Source: Myxococcaceae bacterium
GTDB lineage: Bacteria; Myxococcota; UBA727; JABDBI01
Reading direction: 5' to 3'
DNA length: 58,933 nt
NCBI GenBank assembly: GCA_037134495.1
Contig: JBAXMC010000001.1
Span: forward strand, 1-58,933
Positions within the stretch are counted from its first letter, which is position 1. Each line of letters opens with the position of its first letter. The notes under the pieces were generated by a model. That model did no database searches, was not told the origin of the DNA, and worked only from the letters and a program-made list of their open reading frames with translations. Made by a program: the position numbers and the translations under genes. Below are positions 44,737-53,781 of the stretch, in pieces.

Positions 44737-46548
44737 GTGAAAGCTTTATTTTTATTATTAATATTTCTAATTGGTTGCGATAACGTTGGATTCAATCGCT
44801 CTGACAAATCGCCTTCAAAACCTTCTGCAGCAATGCAAGCCTTTGCAGATTTAGTCAATCGCGCCATTGGCCTTGCAGACACTGAATTATCTGAAAATTT
44901 TTCGCCTGAATCTATTCTCTTGATCGAACAAATTTACACAGACAGATTTGCTGCTTTTATCACGGAACTTAAGAAAGACACACAGACACAAAGCAACTTG
45001 ATTAAGCTCAAAAATGAGTTGATGGGTTTCGAAATAAGCAATCCTGGGCTCAAACCCATAGAGCAGGCGGCTTTCTTTGAAAAAATAGCTAACAATCCAA
45101 AAGCGCTCAAAATACTCATTGAAATTCGCAATGATCTTTACGGGCCAGATGGAAAATTACTCAAAAGAATTCTCTGGGGAGCTGCTCATGATCCCATCAA
45201 AAAACAAGCTCTTATCTCGGGTCAAATTTTAGGACTCTGTAAAACTCTGCATTGTGCTATTTCCAAACCAGAAAACATAAAGCCCATTTTTTCAGATCAC
45301 CCTTATGCTCTTGATCTAATCGTGTTCAGTCAAAGCAAGCTGAAAAAAGACTTAGATGCTTTCTCTGGACTAACAGGCGAAGAGGGTCATCTCATAGAAG
45401 ACGAGTTTATTTGGACAGGACTCAGACTAATTGCCCTCACAGATTATGTTTCTCTTGCTTGGGCGCATGAATATATTCGGGATTTGACCGAAGAAAAACT
45501 CAAGGAGCGTTTATTAGCAGCAGCACAATACCTCAAAGCTCCGAAACAGGGAAAAATAAACCAGCTTGCTGCTGACCTCATGCCTGAATTGCGTGAGTTT
45601 GCTCGCACCCTAATAGAGCCTTTAACGAGCAAAGATCTCCAAGACCTATTAAACAAGTTAAGTGAATACTTGACCCAGTACTCTAAAAACAACCCAGTAT
45701 TAAGCTCACCCATACTCAGCCCAAAACCTTCTATTGAATCCCCCATTAGAACACATATCCGCAGACTCGATGATTTTGCTCAAGAACTTCTTCGAGATCC
45801 CATCGCCGAACAAAATCTCATTGAAGTCAAAGATGCCTTCTTAAATTCTGCCCCTAAGAGACATGCCTGGTCCGGAGTAGAGTGGGCAAGTTTTATTGAT
45901 ACGATTGCTGCCCACCCAGAAACCATTTCAATCTTGCTCAGAATCAGAGACAGTCTCTATGGTCCAGACGGCCAATTATTAAAGAAAATTCTGCTGTCTG
46001 CAGCTCATGACAATACCGAACGTGACGCTTTTTTAGCAGGCCAAGCCTACAACAAATGTGTCAAAGAACACAGCATTTATCAATGCCTGCCGACAGGCCT
46101 TTATCAAGAAGCCTTCATGCACTACGCATCGATGAAAAATTCCGATAAAATACTCTTCAGTAAAACGAGACTAAAGGCCGATTTAGATACTTTCTTGGAA
46201 ATCACTCAGAAAGATGGAGAATTGGGAGCGGGTGAAGAGAACAAGCTTGTCTGGGCCTGCATTAAATTACTCCCTATTTTAAGCTACTCTTCTCTTTCTT
46301 GGCTTCATAATGACATCAAAAAAATAGAGGCTAGAACTCTCAAAAATCACCTGCTCTCTCTAAGTAAATACTTAAGAGACTCGAAACAAGGGCAAGTCGA
46401 AGCCTTGCTGTCTGAATTTGGTCCACAAATACATGAAACAGGGCATAGCTTGTTTGCTGCTTTTACGGGTAAATCACTGAAAGATTTAACCCCCGAAGAA
46501 CTGCATGGCTTACTAGAACAACTGGATGCTTTTTTGGGACCGCATTGA
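44737..46548 (+). CDS. Lipoprotein made of two tandem family-A modules (603 aa), function unknown
   Basis: GTG start and lipobox FLIGC-D. The motif LxIRxxLYGPDGxLLKxIL..AAHD...G....C occurs twice (KILIEIRNDLYGPDGKLLKRILWGAAHD and ILLRIRDSLYGPDGQLLKKILLSAAHD). Confidence 0.65.
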   Translation: MKALFLLLIFLIGCDNVGFNRSDKSPSKPSAAMQAFADLVNRAIGLADTELSENFSPESILLIEQIYTDRFAAFITELKKDTQTQSNLIKLKNELMGFEISNPGLKPIEQAAFFEKIANNPKALKILIEIRNDLYGPDGKLLKRILWGAAHDPIKKQALISGQILGLCKTLHCAISKPENIKPIFSDHPYALDLIVFSQSKLKKDLDAFSGLTGEEGHLIEDEFIWTGLRLIALTDYVSLAWAHEYIRDLTEEKLKERLLAAAQYLKAPKQGKINQLAADLMPELREFARTLIEPLTSKDLQDLLNKLSEYLTQYSKNNPVLSSPILSPKPSIESPIRTHIRRLDDFAQELLRDPIAEQNLIEVKDAFLNSAPKRHAWSGVEWASFIDTIAAHPETISILLRIRDSLYGPDGQLLKKILLSAAHDNTERDAFLAGQAYNKCVKEHSIYQCLPTGLYQEAFMHYASMKNSDKILFSKTRLKADLDTFLEITQKDGELGAGEENKLVWACIKLLPILSYSSLSWLHNDIKKIEARTLKNHLLSLSKYLRDSKQGQVEALLSEFGPQIHETGHSLFAAFTGKSLKDLTPEELHGLLEQLDAFLGPH

Positions 46549-46579
46549 CAATCCAGAGTGACATAGTATCGTTTAGGCA

Positions 46580-47371
46580 GTGAAATTATACAGTAAATTT
46601 CTTGCTCTTTCACTGATTTGTTTATCTTGTTTAGGACAAAATAAACCAATCAGCTTAACTGAGCGACAAAAAAACCTCGTCCGTTGGGCCTACAGAGCGA
46701 TTAACGAGGTCATGAAAACAACTCCATTGCCGGCTGTGAGCCCCCAGGGACAACCTCCTGATTGGAAGTGGATACCTGTTTTGCTTGAGGACTTAGCAAG
46801 CGATAGTGCCATGCTTGAGCTTATCATCAACACAAAAAATGACATCTATAAACCATGTCATTTTTATCAGCCATGCTATTTTCAAAAATCAATTGGTGAC
46901 TTGATCCAAGAAATTGCAGTCAAAGCAAGAAAAGATAAAGATTACAGAATTGCCTTGCTTAAAGGCTACCAATGGGAAGACTGCAGCAAAGCATATTTCG
47001 GGGCTTTAGATCCTAGAAGCTACTTTCAATGTGGTATGCCACCCCTAGACTGGAGCTTAATAAAACTCAAATTCTCTGATTTTAAAAGCGATTTCGACAG
47101 TCTTTTAGATAATTTATTTAAAAAAGGCCTGCCAAAGAAAAAAGCTTCAGAGCTTACAGTCGAAGAGATGGATCAACATTTGCTCTTCATAGAGCTTTTC
47201 GTAAAGCTCGCTCCACGGTTACAAGAACTTATCTCATTGCCCTGTGAAATCTATTTAGAAAAATCTCTTCAGGAAGTTGACGTAGATGAACTTAGAAGCG
47301 TTTTAGAAGAACTCAATCGGCTTCTAAAAGGAACCCTCAAGGCTGCAGAGCCAAGAAACCAAAGGACTTAG
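46580..47371 (+). CDS. Exported family-A paralogue (263 aa), function unknown
   Basis: GTG start and a signal-like N-terminus. It is homologous to 48422..49228 and to the modules of 44737..46548. The C-terminus is SLQEVDVDELRSVLEELNRLL...AEPRNQRT. Confidence 0.6.
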   Translation: MKLYSKFLALSLICLSCLGQNKPISLTERQKNLVRWAYRAINEVMKTTPLPAVSPQGQPPDWKWIPVLLEDLASDSAMLELIINTKNDIYKPCHFYQPCYFQKSIGDLIQEIAVKARKDKDYRIALLKGYQWEDCSKAYFGALDPRSYFQCGMPPLDWSLIKLKFSDFKSDFDSLLDNLFKKGLPKKKASELTVEEMDQHLLFIELFVKLAPRLQELISLPCEIYLEKSLQEVDVDELRSVLEELNRLLKGTLKAAEPRNQRT

Positions 47372-47374
47372 ATC

Positions 47375-48385
47375 ATGAAATTATTTATTTTAAATATCAT
47401 ATTAGTGGCTCTCGCAACAGGCTGTGGCGACACAAAATTCAGTAAACTTGAACCAAGACCAAATCAAAACATTGAGGATTCTGTCATTGACCATCTCAAA
47501 AATAACGCTAAAAACAACGCTCAGTGTCACGATGAAATGACAACTCTGATCGAGAATAATAAGTCGGAGCTCAAAAACTTCGTTGCTCAGCTTAAAATGC
47601 TCCCCTCAAAGACAACACCTGGGTTGCCTGATAGCAATGAAGACTACTTCAAACAGCAGCTTAAGAAAATCCTCAGCCCTGACTTTAAAGATGCTCTCAT
47701 AGAACTCTCTTCGACTCTGGAGGCAATCGCAAACGATGACGATCTGATCAACAGCCTTAAAACTGTTCATAGCGAGATTATGCTCGAATCTGGTGACAGA
47801 TTTTCAGAACTCTTGATGGCTGTTACTCAAAGCCCATACGCAGGAACAGCAATTCTAGAAGCAGTCAAAAAACACTTAGAGTGTGACACTTTTGACCCAG
47901 CCAATGCCCTTGAAGCTTCTTTGAATCTTCTCTCAGAAACAAAAGAGATCGTTCTGGGTAACCTGGGTTATTTGTTAGGAAATACAAACCTTTTTGAAGA
48001 CGGCAAAAAAATCATAAAAGGCGTTGAGCTGATTAAAAATGCAAAAAAAATTCAGCAATTTCTCCCTGTAACAACAGGAGACAACTTGAAATTCATTTGT
48101 GAGCTAGAAAACCTGAAAACTTATCAAAATCATATTAAACTTTTGAACACTCTTTTAACAAAGAATTCTAAAGACCCTAAGGCTCCAAGGCCACTGAGAG
48201 CCCTTTTGAACATGTCGCTCAAACTCTTCACCATGAACAAAGAAACCAATAATTGCTTAGGCCGCTCATTTGATGACCTCAAAAAAGAAGACCTCAAGGC
48301 TAATCTATTGATGATTGCAGACTACTTGGTAAGTGAGAAATCTGGGCTGCTCAGCATCATCAATGCCATGAAACCGCGCACGTAG
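47375..48385 (+). CDS. Family-B lipoprotein (336 aa), function unknown
   Basis: Lipobox ALATGC-G. It starts 3 nt after the previous stop. It is a full-length paralogue of 49232..50242 with four conserved Cys, and ends ...GLLSIINAMKPRT. Confidence 0.7.
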   Translation: MKLFILNIILVALATGCGDTKFSKLEPRPNQNIEDSVIDHLKNNAKNNAQCHDEMTTLIENNKSELKNFVAQLKMLPSKTTPGLPDSNEDYFKQQLKKILSPDFKDALIELSSTLEAIANDDDLINSLKTVHSEIMLESGDRFSELLMAVTQSPYAGTAILEAVKKHLECDTFDPANALEASLNLLSETKEIVLGNLGYLLGNTNLFEDGKKIIKGVELIKNAKKIQQFLPVTTGDNLKFICELENLKTYQNHIKLLNTLLTKNSKDPKAPRPLRALLNMSLKLFTMNKETNNCLGRSFDDLKKEDLKANLLMIADYLVSEKSGLLSIINAMKPRT

Positions 48386-48421
48386 GAATCAGACCCAATC
48401 TTGCTCTGTTGACCGACTGTA

Positions 48422-49228
48422 ATGAGAAACCTCATAGTTGGTCTGTTTTTGATAACACTTTGGCAACCGCAGTTATACGCAGCAGAGCTTTTTCGAAACC
48501 TCTCCTCTAACTCCTCTCCAGAATCTGGAGAGGGATTTAGGGAGAGGTCTCCGAGTTTCGGTCTATTAAGTCAGGCAGATCAAGCTCTGCTTAAATCTGT
48601 CTTGAAGATTACTTTTTCAGCAACTCTTCCCATTGTATCCAACATACCCAATCAAACCCTCTCGCTTGATAAGGCAACCAATTCGCTCAGAAAAATAGCT
48701 GCCGACTCAGATACACTTCAAAAAATCTTACTCGTCCGTGATGGCTTCTATACAGTAGAAGGCGATCTTCTCAGGGCTATTTTGGTCACTGCAGCCAGCA
48801 GTCAACTTGAGAGAGATGCTTTTATTGCAGGATTACAATACGAAAAATGTAAAAAATGGTTCTGGGAATGTAAGCTCCCTCCTATCAATTCGGCGAAACT
48901 GCTCTTCAAATTCTTCTCAAAACTTAGAAACGACATCGATGATCTCGAAGAAAAACTGACCCAAATAGGTGTACTAGAAAATAACGACCTCTCAAATTTT
49001 GACCCCAGAAGTCTCGATCAATATGAGCCTTATTTTCAGCTCTTTGTTCAGCTAGAGCCTCTTATCGGTCAACTAAACTCATTTTTATTCAATTATTACG
49101 CTCAGAAGTCTCTGCGCGATTTAAATCCAAAAGAACTTCGAGAACTGTTAGAGAAACTAATTTCGTTTTTAAGCGATAACGAAAACGGAGCTCTCGGATT
49201 CATTCGAAAAGCTCAACCTCGGAGCTAA
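48422..49228 (+). CDS. Exported family-A paralogue (268 aa), function unknown
   Basis: Signal peptide. LQKILLVRDGFYTVEGDLLRAILVTAASSQLERDAFIAGLQYEKC. Ends ...GALGFIRKAQPRS. Confidence 0.7.
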   Translation: MRNLIVGLFLITLWQPQLYAAELFRNLSSNSSPESGEGFRERSPSFGLLSQADQALLKSVLKITFSATLPIVSNIPNQTLSLDKATNSLRKIAADSDTLQKILLVRDGFYTVEGDLLRAILVTAASSQLERDAFIAGLQYEKCKKWFWECKLPPINSAKLLFKFFSKLRNDIDDLEEKLTQIGVLENNDLSNFDPRSLDQYEPYFQLFVQLEPLIGQLNSFLFNYYAQKSLRDLNPKELRELLEKLISFLSDNENGALGFIRKAQPRS

Positions 49229-49231
49229 CCC

Positions 49232-50242
49232 ATGAAACGAATTGCAGGTCTTTTAATTTTACTCACCGGCTGTAATAATATTAACCAAACAGAGATAAAA
49301 TCTAAAACATACTTAGAAGAAGTCGTTACAAAAAGTCTCGAAGGCTTTGCTGCCAATTCTTCTGTTTGCAGGGAAGAAAAAGTTGCACTGGTTCGAAAAG
49401 ACAAAGCTCTGATTCAAAATTTGGTGGCTCAGGTTAAGAACTTAGCGAACAGTAGTCCCATCGCAACCCTCAACATCAAATCTTTTAGCCAGTATTTAGA
49501 TCAAAGTACCGCCGATCAAATCGACATGATGTTTCAAATCCTCACAAGCGATGGCTTTAGAGTTGTGGTTGGACAAACAGCCGATCTTCTCAGAACTGTC
49601 TCAACCAATGATGCTATTCTAGATAATCTAACAAGCGTTCGAGACGATTTGCTTTCAGAACCAGGAGACAGAATATCCGAAATTATCACTTCTTTGGCTT
49701 CAGATAGAGCCAAACAAGATGCTTTGCTGGGAGCTGTTAAAAGCGCTACGTGCAATAACCCCTCTGAAACAGATTTAGTAGGTCTCTTGTTTACGCCTCA
49801 AGTTTTATGGGAACTGGGAGCCAATGGAACTTATTTGATCGCAAGCCCATTAGCACAACATGCCAGGCCACTGCTCTTGGCTGTACAGCAACTTGCAATC
49901 CCCGATGAACTTGCACAATTCGTAGCCATGGTTAAAGACATGCTCCCTAAACAAGACATCTGTTTAATCGATAACCTAGATGCTTATCAGCCACATATAG
50001 CCCTGGCCTTAAGTCTCTTCAAAGCAAGCGATACGGCAAATGAACCTAGGCCCTTGAGAAGTTTGGTAAATGTACTATTCAAGCTTTATACGATGGAAGA
50101 CTCTAATCAATGTTCCGGGACATCTTTTGATGATCTCACAAAACAAAGCATCCAAGACGCACTCACAACAACTGCCAATTTTTTATCTGATGAACAACAT
50201 GGCGTTGTTGGAGTTTTGAAAAAAATGAAACCGCGCAAATAG
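49232..50242 (+). CDS. Family-B lipoprotein (336 aa), function unknown
   Basis: Lipobox LLTGC-N. It starts 3 nt after the previous stop. It is a paralogue of 47375..48385 (GDRISEI, EPRPLRSLVNVLFKLYTM, CSGTSFDDL) and ends ...GVVGVLKKMKPRK. Confidence 0.7.
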   Translation: MKRIAGLLILLTGCNNINQTEIKSKTYLEEVVTKSLEGFAANSSVCREEKVALVRKDKALIQNLVAQVKNLANSSPIATLNIKSFSQYLDQSTADQIDMMFQILTSDGFRVVVGQTADLLRTVSTNDAILDNLTSVRDDLLSEPGDRISEIITSLASDRAKQDALLGAVKSATCNNPSETDLVGLLFTPQVLWELGANGTYLIASPLAQHARPLLLAVQQLAIPDELAQFVAMVKDMLPKQDICLIDNLDAYQPHIALALSLFKASDTANEPRPLRSLVNVLFKLYTMEDSNQCSGTSFDDLTKQSIQDALTTTANFLSDEQHGVVGVLKKMKPRK

Positions 50243-50255
50243 AAAGGTCTTCACC

Positions 50256-51452
50256 ATGATAAAAATTTATTCTGTTTCATTTTTTTTGGCTGTGTTTAGC
50301 CTACAAGCTGGACCGATTGAAGATACATTCGGCGCAGGTGCTCGAAATAAAGCCATGGGCGGAGCCGGTATTAATATTGCCGAAGATTACACGGCAACTT
50401 TCTATAACCCTTCTTTGCTGGCTCTGTGCCGAGGAAGCCGCTTATCAATGGGCTATGACCTGATCCACACGAGCCTCAACGACCCAAATCCAGAGGCGGA
50501 GCAACTCGGCACTTATCAAGCCCTCAATCTTGGATTTTGCTTAAAGCCCTTGAACCATGTGGGTATCGGTGTCTACACCAATTTTAGCTTAGGCCCCATT
50601 GAATTTACTGCCAATACTTTAAACACAACACCGACATTTATTATGTATGCAGGCGATTTAAAAGCTTTCTCGATGATGATGGGTGGTGGATATGCGCCCA
50701 TTAAGCAACTAACCATCGGTGCAGCCATGAGCATGGCAACTGGAGTGACGCTTGGCACGGATTTAAAAGGTTCTCCGGGCAGTAAAACCCCCGTAGAAGC
50801 TAGCTTCCCAGCACAGATTTCTCCAATTGTTGGCGCCATTGCAGGTGTTACGGCAACGCCCTTAGATGACTGGAAGCTAAGTCTCGTCTATCGCTCTTCA
50901 ACCTATGGGAAAATTAACATTAAAGTTGATGCAAACCTCTATGACCAATCTCTCAACACAACTTATATTGGAGGCTACTTATCTTACTCTCCGCACCAGA
51001 TTGCATTTGGAAGTTCTTATCTTTTGAATGATAAGTTCCTGTTTACTGGAGATTTGACCTATTATTTTTGGTCAGCCTACCCCGGACCTTTCTTAAAAAT
51101 TGAGACCGATCCCAATTCTGTTTTGTTTAGTGGAATCACTGTTGCTCCGACAGAACCTCCTAATTTCTCGAATATTCTTGTTCCCAGAGCAGGCTTTGAA
51201 TATACAGTTTGGGACAAGTTAAAAGTCAGAGCAGGTTATTCTTTCAGAAAAACGCCCGCCCCCATTCCAGCAGGTACAGCTAAATTATTAGATGCCAGTG
51301 CCCACCGCGTTTCAGCAGGTGTTGGCTATGAGTTTCAATTGTATCAAAATATATTTTTAATTACAGATGCTTTCTTTAGTGCTGATATTTTGATGAATGG
51401 TAGGGGTAGCGCTATTAACACAGGCCTGTTAATAGGCGCTGAGTATGACTGA
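50256..51452 (+). CDS. Outer-membrane beta-barrel of the FadL/OmpP1/TodX hydrophobic-compound transporter family
   Basis: Signal peptide and a FadL-like N-terminus (GAGARNKAMGGAGINIAEDYTATFYNPSLLA). The rest is alternating beta-strand sequence (RAGYSFRKTP, SAGVGYEF). Confidence 0.7.
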   Translation: MIKIYSVSFFLAVFSLQAGPIEDTFGAGARNKAMGGAGINIAEDYTATFYNPSLLALCRGSRLSMGYDLIHTSLNDPNPEAEQLGTYQALNLGFCLKPLNHVGIGVYTNFSLGPIEFTANTLNTTPTFIMYAGDLKAFSMMMGGGYAPIKQLTIGAAMSMATGVTLGTDLKGSPGSKTPVEASFPAQISPIVGAIAGVTATPLDDWKLSLVYRSSTYGKINIKVDANLYDQSLNTTYIGGYLSYSPHQIAFGSSYLLNDKFLFTGDLTYYFWSAYPGPFLKIETDPNSVLFSGITVAPTEPPNFSNILVPRAGFEYTVWDKLKVRAGYSFRKTPAPIPAGTAKLLDASAHRVSAGVGYEFQLYQNIFLITDAFFSADILMNGRGSAINTGLLIGAEYD

Positions 51453-52068
51453 CATTGTTGCAATAGATGGGCCCGCAGGTTCGGGCAAAAGCTCTGTAGC
51501 GAAAACCTTAGCCAAAGAACTGGGGTTTTTGCATGTAGATACCGGGGCAATTTATAGGACTCTAGCTCATGCAGCTATCGAAGCTGGCATCTCGCTAAGT
51601 GACCCAGAAGCGGTTTCTCAGCTGGCAGCTTCTGTCGTTCAAATTAATACTTCTTCTGAAATCAGAACCGAAAAAATTGGCGCTGCGGCTTCACATATTA
51701 GTCAGTACCCGGAAGTCAGAGCTAATCTATTAGATCTTCAAAGACGCTTCGGGCTTTCATCTAAAACAGGCGCTGTCTTAGAAGGCCGCGATATTGGAAC
51801 GGTTGTTTTCCCTGATGCGAAATTTAAATTTTTCTTAACTGCGTCTCCAGAGCAACGGGCCAAGCGCAGACTTTTAGAGCTTGAGCAACGCGGTGAATCC
51901 GCAAATTATGAAGAAGTTCTAAGAAAGCTCAAAGAGCGGGATGACCGAGATAAAAACAGAGCCATCGCGCCCCTCATACCTGCCCAAGATGCCATTTTCA
52001 TCGACACGAGCAACAGCTCTTTGGAACAGGTGGTGGCTCAAATCATTCAGCTGATTAAAGATGCTTGA
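51445..52068 (+). CDS. cmk: Cytidylate kinase
   Basis: IAIDGPAGSGKSSVAK, HVDTGAIYR, EGRDIGTVVFPDA, RAKRR. It overlaps the barrel gene by 8 nt. Confidence 0.92.
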   Translation: MTDIVAIDGPAGSGKSSVAKTLAKELGFLHVDTGAIYRTLAHAAIEAGISLSDPEAVSQLAASVVQINTSSEIRTEKIGAAASHISQYPEVRANLLDLQRRFGLSSKTGAVLEGRDIGTVVFPDAKFKFFLTASPEQRAKRRLLELEQRGESANYEEVLRKLKERDDRDKNRAIAPLIPAQDAIFIDTSNSSLEQVVAQIIQLIKDA

Positions 52069-52447
52069 TCTCTGTATCGTCCTTGTCACCTGCTGTAGCT
52101 TTCTTACATGCATCCGAAAGATTCTTTGTGAGTTTGTTGCAAGTGTTTAAAGCTTCGTAACCCACGTTGTCAGCATTGAGCACGCATTCAGTGAACTGTA
52201 CACCTGCGAGTAAATCATCTTGTGAGCAGTATTCTTGCATACTTTCAATTTGATCTTGCTTTGGAACGGGAACCCTAACATTCTGTATGCCAGCTTGAAT
52301 ATACATTGCAGCCACTTTTTCTAGATTATCTACAATTTTATCCACGAGAGCTTTTTTAGAAAGTTTCTCGGGTTGAGCACCAGAACCAGCATTTTCACCA
52401 CAACCAATAAAACATAAAAGAAGTGTTAAGCAAATTAGTGTTTTCAT
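52055..52447 (-). CDS. Hypothetical lipoprotein (130 aa)
   Basis: Lipobox CFIGC-G and four further Cys residues. No motif recognised. Confidence 0.5.
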   Translation of the reverse strand: MKTLICLTLLLCFIGCGENAGSGAQPEKLSKKALVDKIVDNLEKVAAMYIQAGIQNVRVPVPKQDQIESMQEYCSQDDLLAGVQFTECVLNADNVGYEALNTCNKLTKNLSDACKKATAGDKDDTEIKHL

Positions 52448-52484
52448 ATGCTGGACATTCTATAACCCACTGCAAAGATGTCAA

Positions 52485-53126
52485 TCAGGTAAATCGTGCT
52501 TCAGTCTTTACCTTAACTTCTTCTAAGCTTACACCTGGCATCAATTCTAAAAGCTTTAAATCCTTACCGCGCTCGACTCCAAACACACATAAATCTGTAA
52601 CGATCATATCGACACAAGCTTTTCCAGTCAGCGGCAACGTGCACTCACGCAAAATTTTTGCTTCTCCATTTTTATTCGTATGCTCCATGGCGACAATAAC
52701 TCTCGGTGTCCCTGTCACTAAATCCATAGCGCCACCCATACCTTTAACCATTTTTCCAGGAATCATCCAATTCGCTATATCGCCTGTTTCAGAAACCTGC
52801 ATCGCTCCTAAAACCGTCAAATCAATATGACCACCTCGAATCATCGCAAAAGAATCTGCTGACGAAAAATAAGATGCACCTAAAATCTCTGTCACGGTTT
52901 GCTTGCCAGCGTTTACCAAATCAGGATCCACTTGATCTTCATCTGGGAAAGGCCCCATGCCCAATAAACCATTTTCACTTTGAAAAATAACTTCGATACC
53001 TTCGGGGACATAGTTGGCTACCAGTGTTGGCATTCCGATACCCAAATTCACCACATAACCATCTTTGAGTTCGCGAGCGATGCGTTTAGCAATTTCGTAC
53101 CGTGCGTTGTTCGATCCATTTGTCAT
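52485..53126 (-). CDS. scoB: 3-oxoacid CoA-transferase subunit B
   Basis: [21 protein letters not shown] (catalytic Glu motif), GAMDLV. Confidence 0.9.
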   Translation of the reverse strand: MTNGSNNARYEIAKRIARELKDGYVVNLGIGMPTLVANYVPEGIEVIFQSENGLLGMGPFPDEDQVDPDLVNAGKQTVTEILGASYFSSADSFAMIRGGHIDLTVLGAMQVSETGDIANWMIPGKMVKGMGGAMDLVTGTPRVIVAMEHTNKNGEAKILRECTLPLTGKACVDMIVTDLCVFGVERGKDLKLLELMPGVSLEEVKVKTEARFT

Positions 53127-53781
53127 AGTGTTCGCCTATAATAATCCGCTGTACATAAACGCCGGGGACATGAATTTGATCGGGCTCAAGCTCTCCGAGT
53201 TTTACAAACTCTTCAACTTCAACAATCGTTATTTTTGCAGCTGCACACATGACAGAGTTAAAATTTCTGGCCGTCTTTCTAAAAACCAAATTCCCAAAAG
53301 GGTCCGCTTTATAAGCTTTGATAATCGCAAAGTCAGCTTTCAAAGCTTTCTCAAGTAAATACTCTCGCCCGTCAAAAACCCGAATCTCTTTGTTTTTGGC
53401 AACCTCAGTTCCAACTCCAGTGGGTGTATAAAATGCAGGAATACCTGCGCCGCCAGCTCGAATACGCTCGGCTAGAGTTCCTTGGGGTACCAACTCGACT
53501 TCGATTTCATGATTTAATAATTGCCGTTCAAATTCAGAATTTTCACCGACATAGCTTGCTGTAATTTTTTTGATTTGTTTGTTTTTAAGCAAAACCCCGA
53601 GACCCAGTTCTGTCGTACCGCAGTTATTACTAATCAAACTAATTTCTCGAATACCTTTGTCAGCAATCGCTTTAATTAAATTTTCTGGGTTACCACATAA
53701 ACCAAAACCGCCAGCCATTAACACTGAGCCGTCTTTCAAATCAGAAACAGCTTCCGCAGCCGATTTAAAAAGCTTGTTCAC
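53086..53781 (-). CDS. scoA: 3-oxoacid CoA-transferase subunit A
   Basis: [43 protein letters not shown]. Confidence 0.9.
   Translation of the reverse strand: MNKLFKSAAEAVSDLKDGSVLMAGGFGLCGNPENLIKAIADKGIREISLISNNCGTTELGLGVLLKNKQIKKITASYVGENSEFERQLLNHEIEVELVPQGTLAERIRAGGAGIPAFYTPTGVGTEVAKNKEIRVFDGREYLLEKALKADFAIIKAYKADPFGNLVFRKTARNFNSVMCAAAKITIVEVEEFVKLGELEPDQIHVPGVYVQRIIIGEHYDKWIEQRTVRNC

Noticed and set aside
53086-53126. A 41-nt overlap between scoA and scoB, possibly indicating a frameshift or a fused gene.
   Set aside because: Both products are full length, with intact N- and C-terminal family motifs. The overlap is most simply a real overlap or a slightly misplaced scoB start.
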